DNA from: a virus
Length of the DNA: 24,382 nucleotides
Strand: one strand, 5' to 3'
IMG/VR virus record: IMGVR_UViG_3300002461_000857
A program made the position numbers and the translations under genes. The notes beneath the pieces are model-generated. The model saw only the letters and a list, made by a program, of their open reading frames with translations. It did no database searches and was not told the origin of the DNA. Positions 22,491 to 24,382 of this stretch are shown piece by piece (within the stretch, counting starts at the first letter, position 1; each line of letters opens with the position of its first letter).

Positions 22491-23776
22491 GTCTTCTTCT
22501 CCAGTCGCTCTGACAGCTCGCGACAGCTCTTCCACTTCGAACTCTGCAGCGCCGCGATCAGTTCCTCTCGCGTCACATAGTCCGGTCCCGGGTCCAGTGC
22601 AACTTCGAGCACAGAGTCTTCCCATACCTTGATCTTCTCGCGGGCCTGGGTGAGCTCAGCCTCCAGTTCCGCCACGCGGGCGATCGAAGCGTCGAGGTCT
22701 TCGCTGATGTGCACATCCAAGCACTGGATGTTCTCGTAGTCGGCATTCAGCGCTGCGATACGATTTCTGGCCTCGGTCAACTCGGTGGACATCGTGACGT
22801 GCTCGGCCTCGAGCTCCGCCACGCGGGCGATCGATGCGTCGCGTTCGGCGACCGCGTTTGTCCGCTCATCGACTGCGATCTGTCGACTCCGCCTGAGGCC
22901 ATCGATATCGAGTTCCATCCGTGCCATTCGTGCAAGAGCTGCCGACTTCGCCCACCCTGACTCAGGGCGCTCGGCCTCCAGCGCTGCGATCTTCTCGCGG
23001 GGCGTCTCTGATGTAGGTCCGGGCGCGTCTGGACTGTCCGTCTTCGCGATCCGAGATCGGGCCTGGGCCATCTCAGTGACCATCGCGAGGCCCAGTCCCA
23101 TCGCGGCCAGCCACGTCTCGAGGAGCTTGCGCGCGCCCAGCATCCGCGGCATGACACGCTCGTCCTCGAGCCCCGCCATGCGGGCGATCGCGGCATCTCG
23201 CTCATCTCCGGCTTTCCTGGCCCAGGCCCGGGCTTCGTCGCGCTCCTCTCTGGCCTTCCTGGCCTCGTCGGAGTAGGCGTCGCAGCATCGTGCGAACTCC
23301 GAGGACGCATCAGCGGCCTCGGAGTACAGCGCCACGATGCGCTCGCGGGCCTGGGTGAGTTCGGACCGTGCGGACTCCAGCTCCGAACGGAGCTGGGCGA
23401 GATCGGCCTGGTAGCTGTCCAGCATCGAGGACTGGACACGGAGCTGTGCAGTCGCTGACTCCAACTCGGTGGAGACGGGCTCTCGTGGGCCCGGCGTCGG
23501 ACCTCCGCGACTCGCGGCGATGAACGCTTCGTCGATCGCGCTGATCGTATCCGCGGACCTGCACGCCCGCCACAGCTCCCAGCGAGCTCGTCCGAGCAAG
23601 TCGAACAGCGTGGCGATCTCAGGGGAGTCCATGACCACAGCGTTGGCGTGGGCCGTGGCTGCTGCGATGGCCTCCTCTCTCGTAGTGTGACACGCCTTCA
23701 TCTCCGCGCATACATTCCACCGCCCCGCGTGCATCTCGGTGTCAGCGATCTCGTAGTGCTTCGGAACGTCTGTCAT
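22487..23776 (-). CDS. long coiled-coil protein with internal repeats (429 aa)
   Basis: GAGG RBS; repeats DASIARVAELEAE x2 and ELTQAR/ELTEAR x3, also visible at DNA level (e.g. 22670-22688 and 22816-22834). Confidence 0.82.
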   Translation of the reverse strand: MTDVPKHYEIADTEMHAGRWNVCAEMKACHTTREEAIAAATAHANAVVMDSPEIATLFDLLGRARWELWRACRSADTISAIDEAFIAASRGGPTPGPREPVSTELESATAQLRVQSSMLDSYQADLAQLRSELESARSELTQARERIVALYSEAADASSEFARCCDAYSDEARKAREERDEARAWARKAGDERDAAIARMAGLEDERVMPRMLGARKLLETWLAAMGLGLAMVTEMAQARSRIAKTDSPDAPGPTSETPREKIAALEAERPESGWAKSAALARMARMELDIDGLRRSRQIAVDERTNAVAERDASIARVAELEAEHVTMSTELTEARNRIAALNADYENIQCLDVHISEDLDASIARVAELEAELTQAREKIKVWEDSVLEVALDPGPDYVTREELIAALQSSKWKSCRELSERLEKKT

Positions 23777-23777
23777 G

Positions 23778-24116
23778 TCACCCTCGGTTTCTTTCGTCTA
23801 CTTCGGACCATCTCATCCACGCCGTGAAGCGCCGCCACAGGCCGGGCGGCTTGGGCGGCTTGGGAGCCAGCGGGTCGGCCTCCTCGCTCGGAAGCTTCTG
23901 CGGGTTGTCACCAGCCCAGACGAACGCCGCGACGTTGTGATGCCGCCCGTCCATGCGGATCCAGTACCAGACGCAGCCTCGTTCGTCGGTTGTGGTGCTA
24001 GTGCGGTAGTCCTGACCGAAGTAGTAGCTGATGAACTCGTCCGCGGATGTGCACCTAAGATCGTACCGGGCTCGGTATGGAACGAAGATCCAGAACTCGG
24101 TACGGCGGTCGTTCAT
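23778..24116 (-). CDS. hypothetical protein (112 aa)
   Basis: GAGG 5 nt before ATG 24116; aromatic-rich; PKPPKPP linker then amphipathic C-terminal helix. Confidence 0.72.
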   Translation of the reverse strand: MNDRRTEFWIFVPYRARYDLRCTSADEFISYYFGQDYRTSTTTDERGCVWYWIRMDGRHHNVAAFVWAGDNPQKLPSEEADPLAPKPPKPPGLWRRFTAWMRWSEVDERNRG

Positions 24117-24131
24117 GTTCACCTCATGCGT

Positions 24132-24263
24132 TCACATCTTGGTCATCTTCCAGAACACGTAGCCGGCCAGGGAGCCGAGTCCGATGACGACACCGGCAGC
24201 GGTACCGATCGCGAACCATGCGGACTTTCCAGGATTGGGGAGACGGGGTGCGATGCGCTTCAT
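24132..24263 (-). CDS. small single-TM peptide (43 aa)
   Basis: Not in ORF track: MKRIAPRLPNPGKSAWFAIGTAAGVVIGLGSLAGYVFWKMTKM; preceded by extended -10 TGcTACGAT-N7-ATG. Confidence 0.68.
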   Translation of the reverse strand: MKRIAPRLPNPGKSAWFAIGTAAGVVIGLGSLAGYVFWKMTKM

Positions 24264-24282
24264 GGGTCCGATCGTAGCACGA

Positions 24283-24366
24283 TCATCGTCGGAGGATGTA
24301 GACAAGGATCAGTGCCACGATCAGCGTAACGACCAGGAGCGCAACGACGAGCTCGTGTCGGCTCAC
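24283..24366 (-). CDS. small single-TM peptide (27 aa)
   Basis: Not in ORF track: MSRHELVVALLVVTLIVALILVYILRR; the GTG start overlaps a TGA that may end an upstream gene (…EIEIP*). Confidence 0.6.
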   Translation of the reverse strand: MSRHELVVALLVVTLIVALILVYILRR

Positions 24367-24382
24367 GGAATCTCGATCTCGT

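Overview
GC-rich (roughly 63-65% by eye), very gene-dense segment that looks like the non-structural (early/accessory) region of a large phage, prophage or phage-like plasmid. The host is probably a myxobacterium, inferred from Cys-rich lipoproteins, a lipoprotein esterase and a secreted Sel1-repeat protein. No capsid, tail, terminase, integrase, tRNA, rRNA or CRISPR array is visible. Two long translationally coupled operons (many ATGA/GTGA/TGATG overlaps) diverge from a hub at ~6380-6530. The leftward operon ends in a 1008-aa amino-methyltransferase/SNF2-like helicase fusion. The rightward operon encodes a dCMP-deaminase-like protein, DUF6884, a phosphohistidine-swivel protein and three lipoproteins. 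After a terminator it continues with SLOG/YspA-like, Gp3-like, DUF1643 and DarG-like macrodomain genes. The most striking observation is at the hub: two overlapping, opposed sigma70-type promoters are each followed by a copy of the same 35-nt RNA hairpin+GGAAG element with compensatory base changes, a layout like nutL/nutR or putL/putR antiterminators. The right part holds a cell-envelope cluster (frameshifted lysozyme/SLT-like gene, TIM-barrel glycoside hydrolase, Sel1 protein), a candidate structured ncRNA ending in an intrinsic terminator, five genes with TANNNT-N7/8-start leaderless signals, and several small membrane-peptide ORFs missing from the ORF track. All family assignments are from motif recognition by eye, not database searches.
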